From Selaginella moellendorffii (Eukaryota; Plantae; Lycopodiophyta), in NCBI RefSeq assembly GCF_000143415.4, contig NW_003314343.1, positions 620,813-684,812 of the forward strand: a stretch of 64,000 nucleotides of DNA. The letters run 5' to 3'. Below, piece after piece: positions 62,320 to 64,000 of this stretch. The notes beneath the pieces are model-generated. The model was not told the DNA's origin, ran no database searches, and saw only the letters and a list, made by a program, of their open reading frames with translations. Position numbers and translations under genes: made by a program. Within the stretch, counting starts at the first letter, position 1. Each line of letters starts with the position of its first letter.

Positions 62320-64000
62320 GGAGGGGGTGCTGTCAGGAATCCCCCAATTCTTGCCACATTCCTGACTCTCGCCGGATTCCTGACCTGCAGACCACATTCC
62401 TGATTCTCGAGACACTTCCCTATTCCTGACTCTCGAGACACTTCCCTATTCCTGACTCTCAAGACACTTCCCGATTCCTGAGTCTCGAGCCACATTCCTG
62501 ATATTGATGTGGCGCCTCCTCGACCTCAGCTATATTTAGGCCGTCCTCGATCCAAGAGTGGTGGAGCTTCATCAACCTATAGTATATATAGGTTAGCCTT
62601 GTTCCATTTCTCCACAATCTGAATCAACACCAGTCTAAGGCCTCTTCTTTGTTTTCACTAGCTTTTTCTCTTTGTCTTAGCATTTTCCAGTCTTTGATTT
62701 TGTTGGGGGTCTTGACAGTTGTTGGGGGTCTTGACAGTGATGTCCACTTTGATTTTGTGTTGCAAGTCGTCGTAGAGGATTGTGATGGCTTTGCTAGCTG
62801 ACTTATGCATCTTGAGAGTTGAGATGAGAAACTGGAGCTTTGGCTTCACCTCATCAATGACATTGCTCATTTGAAGTGAGCTTCTAGAGTTGTAATTCTC
62901 GATAATCTTGATGCATCCCGGTGGCATCCCTTTTGTTTGCAATATAGAATGTGACTTGCTTTCTGCCAATTGGAAGCTTGAATACCCATGCAATGTAGCC
63001 CGTGGTGAAGATATATTCGTGTTCTTGGGCACACACCATTTCTTCTCAAAAAGCTGGAAGCATTTTCTTCATGATGTCGATCTTGTATTCTTTCTCCATG
63101 ATGCAGGAAAACTCATAGAGGCCAATCTTGCACAGCTAGTCATCTAGTGCCCTTGTCCTATTCCATGCTAGATTACAGGTGAAGAGGAGATTTGTGCTCT
63201 CTAGACTCACTGTTGTTGGCTTGAAGATGAACTCCTTTGTGAGAGGGCATGTTGTCATACTGCATTGCTTCCCCATAGCTTGATCTCGGTGCTTAGAGAT
63301 ACAGTTGCATGTGCTAGGGTTAGGGTTTTGCCCTTTGCTCTAGAGTGTTGAGTTCGAGTCTCTATAATAACTTTCTTGAGTTTTCTTTTTGTTGGTGTGG
63401 TAGTGTTGGGGAAGCTTGCTTCATGTTAGTCTTTGGCATGCTTGTTAATGAGTCTTGAGAGATTCATTGTCTCTAAGTCTTGTTTTTGGTTAAAGTTCTT
63501 CAAGTTGTTGTTTTTCTTCATGTTTCTTTATTGAGCTTGATTCTTTAAAGTTTTTCTTGTGTTGGCTTTTTAATTTGAGCTTCATGTTTCTTGATTGTGT
63601 TGAGTTCTTGAGCTTGACCTTTATAAATCTTGAATGTGTTGAATTCTTGAGGTCGAGTCTTCATACTCTTGATCTCTCGATCTTCATGCTTATAGTTCTT
63701 CTTGATCTTCAAAGTTGAAACCTTCATTTCTTTCAAGGTTTCTGTTGATGATGTTGCTATTGAACAGTTGATATTTCTTGAGCTTGTTAAAGTTGACAAT
63801 TTAGAGATGTTTGCCATCAAGTGTTGCAATTGTTGTTGTTCTTAGAGCTTTGAATTCTTGGATGAGGAATGGTCTTTCCCATCTTGACTTTACTTTGGAG
63901 CCGATTTTCTCAATGTTTCCTGGAAACTAAAGTACTTGATCATTGATTTTGAATTCTTCATTTTTCTTTAGTTTTCTCTTTCTATCATGGTTGATTTTTC

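Larger units (their letters stand above)
57132..62736 (+). mobile_element. Young chromodomain-bearing Ty3/gypsy element (chromovirus, Tf1/sushi/Tcn1-like), defective
   Basis: LTRs 57132-57544 and 62331-62717 (TGTCA...TGACA; differ by one 26-bp repeat unit and ~1 substitution); TSD GTGAT at 57127-57131 and 62737-62741; PPT gaggagggggtgc; gag, PR (LDSGA), RT (YLDD), RH, INT and chromodomain (YEVQDIL...YLVDWKGYG...TWEP). Confidence 0.96.

Noticed and set aside
63100-64000. K/E/Q-rich minus-strand frames (also 55600-56700)
   Set aside because: Degenerate low-complexity repeat-derived sequence with many stops; cannot be classified

Overview
Eukaryotic, intron-containing plant nuclear DNA. The ~50-60 bp introns, many PLS-class PPR genes, and intronless F-box and GDSL genes suggest a Selaginella-like lycophyte (inference). 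The most notable object occupies ~0.9-10.8 kb: a Mutator/MULE-type DDE transposase gene (WRKY/GCM-like Cys/His region, D-D-CxxH-E core, C-terminal SWIM finger) lies head-to-head with a 10-exon gene encoding NLS + Pro-rich tract + ParB/Srx-like domain (DGNHR) + beta-class N4C/N6A DNA amino-methyltransferase. The pair is bracketed by two inward-facing paralogous small Zn-finger genes resembling the SGS3 zf-XS finger. The rest of the window has one intact PPR gene and three PPR pseudogenes, and two complete but defective Ty3/gypsy elements, both with a GGGAAAC slippery site plus pseudoknot (one tRNA-Ala primed, one apparently a self-priming chromovirus). It also has TRIM-like mini LTR elements, an unannotated 3-exon secreted Cys-rich prepropeptide gene, a heavily deaminated 18S rRNA pseudogene, a degenerate macrodomain gene, a GDSL lipase, an F-box gene and several local duplications. 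All gene models were assembled by hand from the sequence; no database searches were run.
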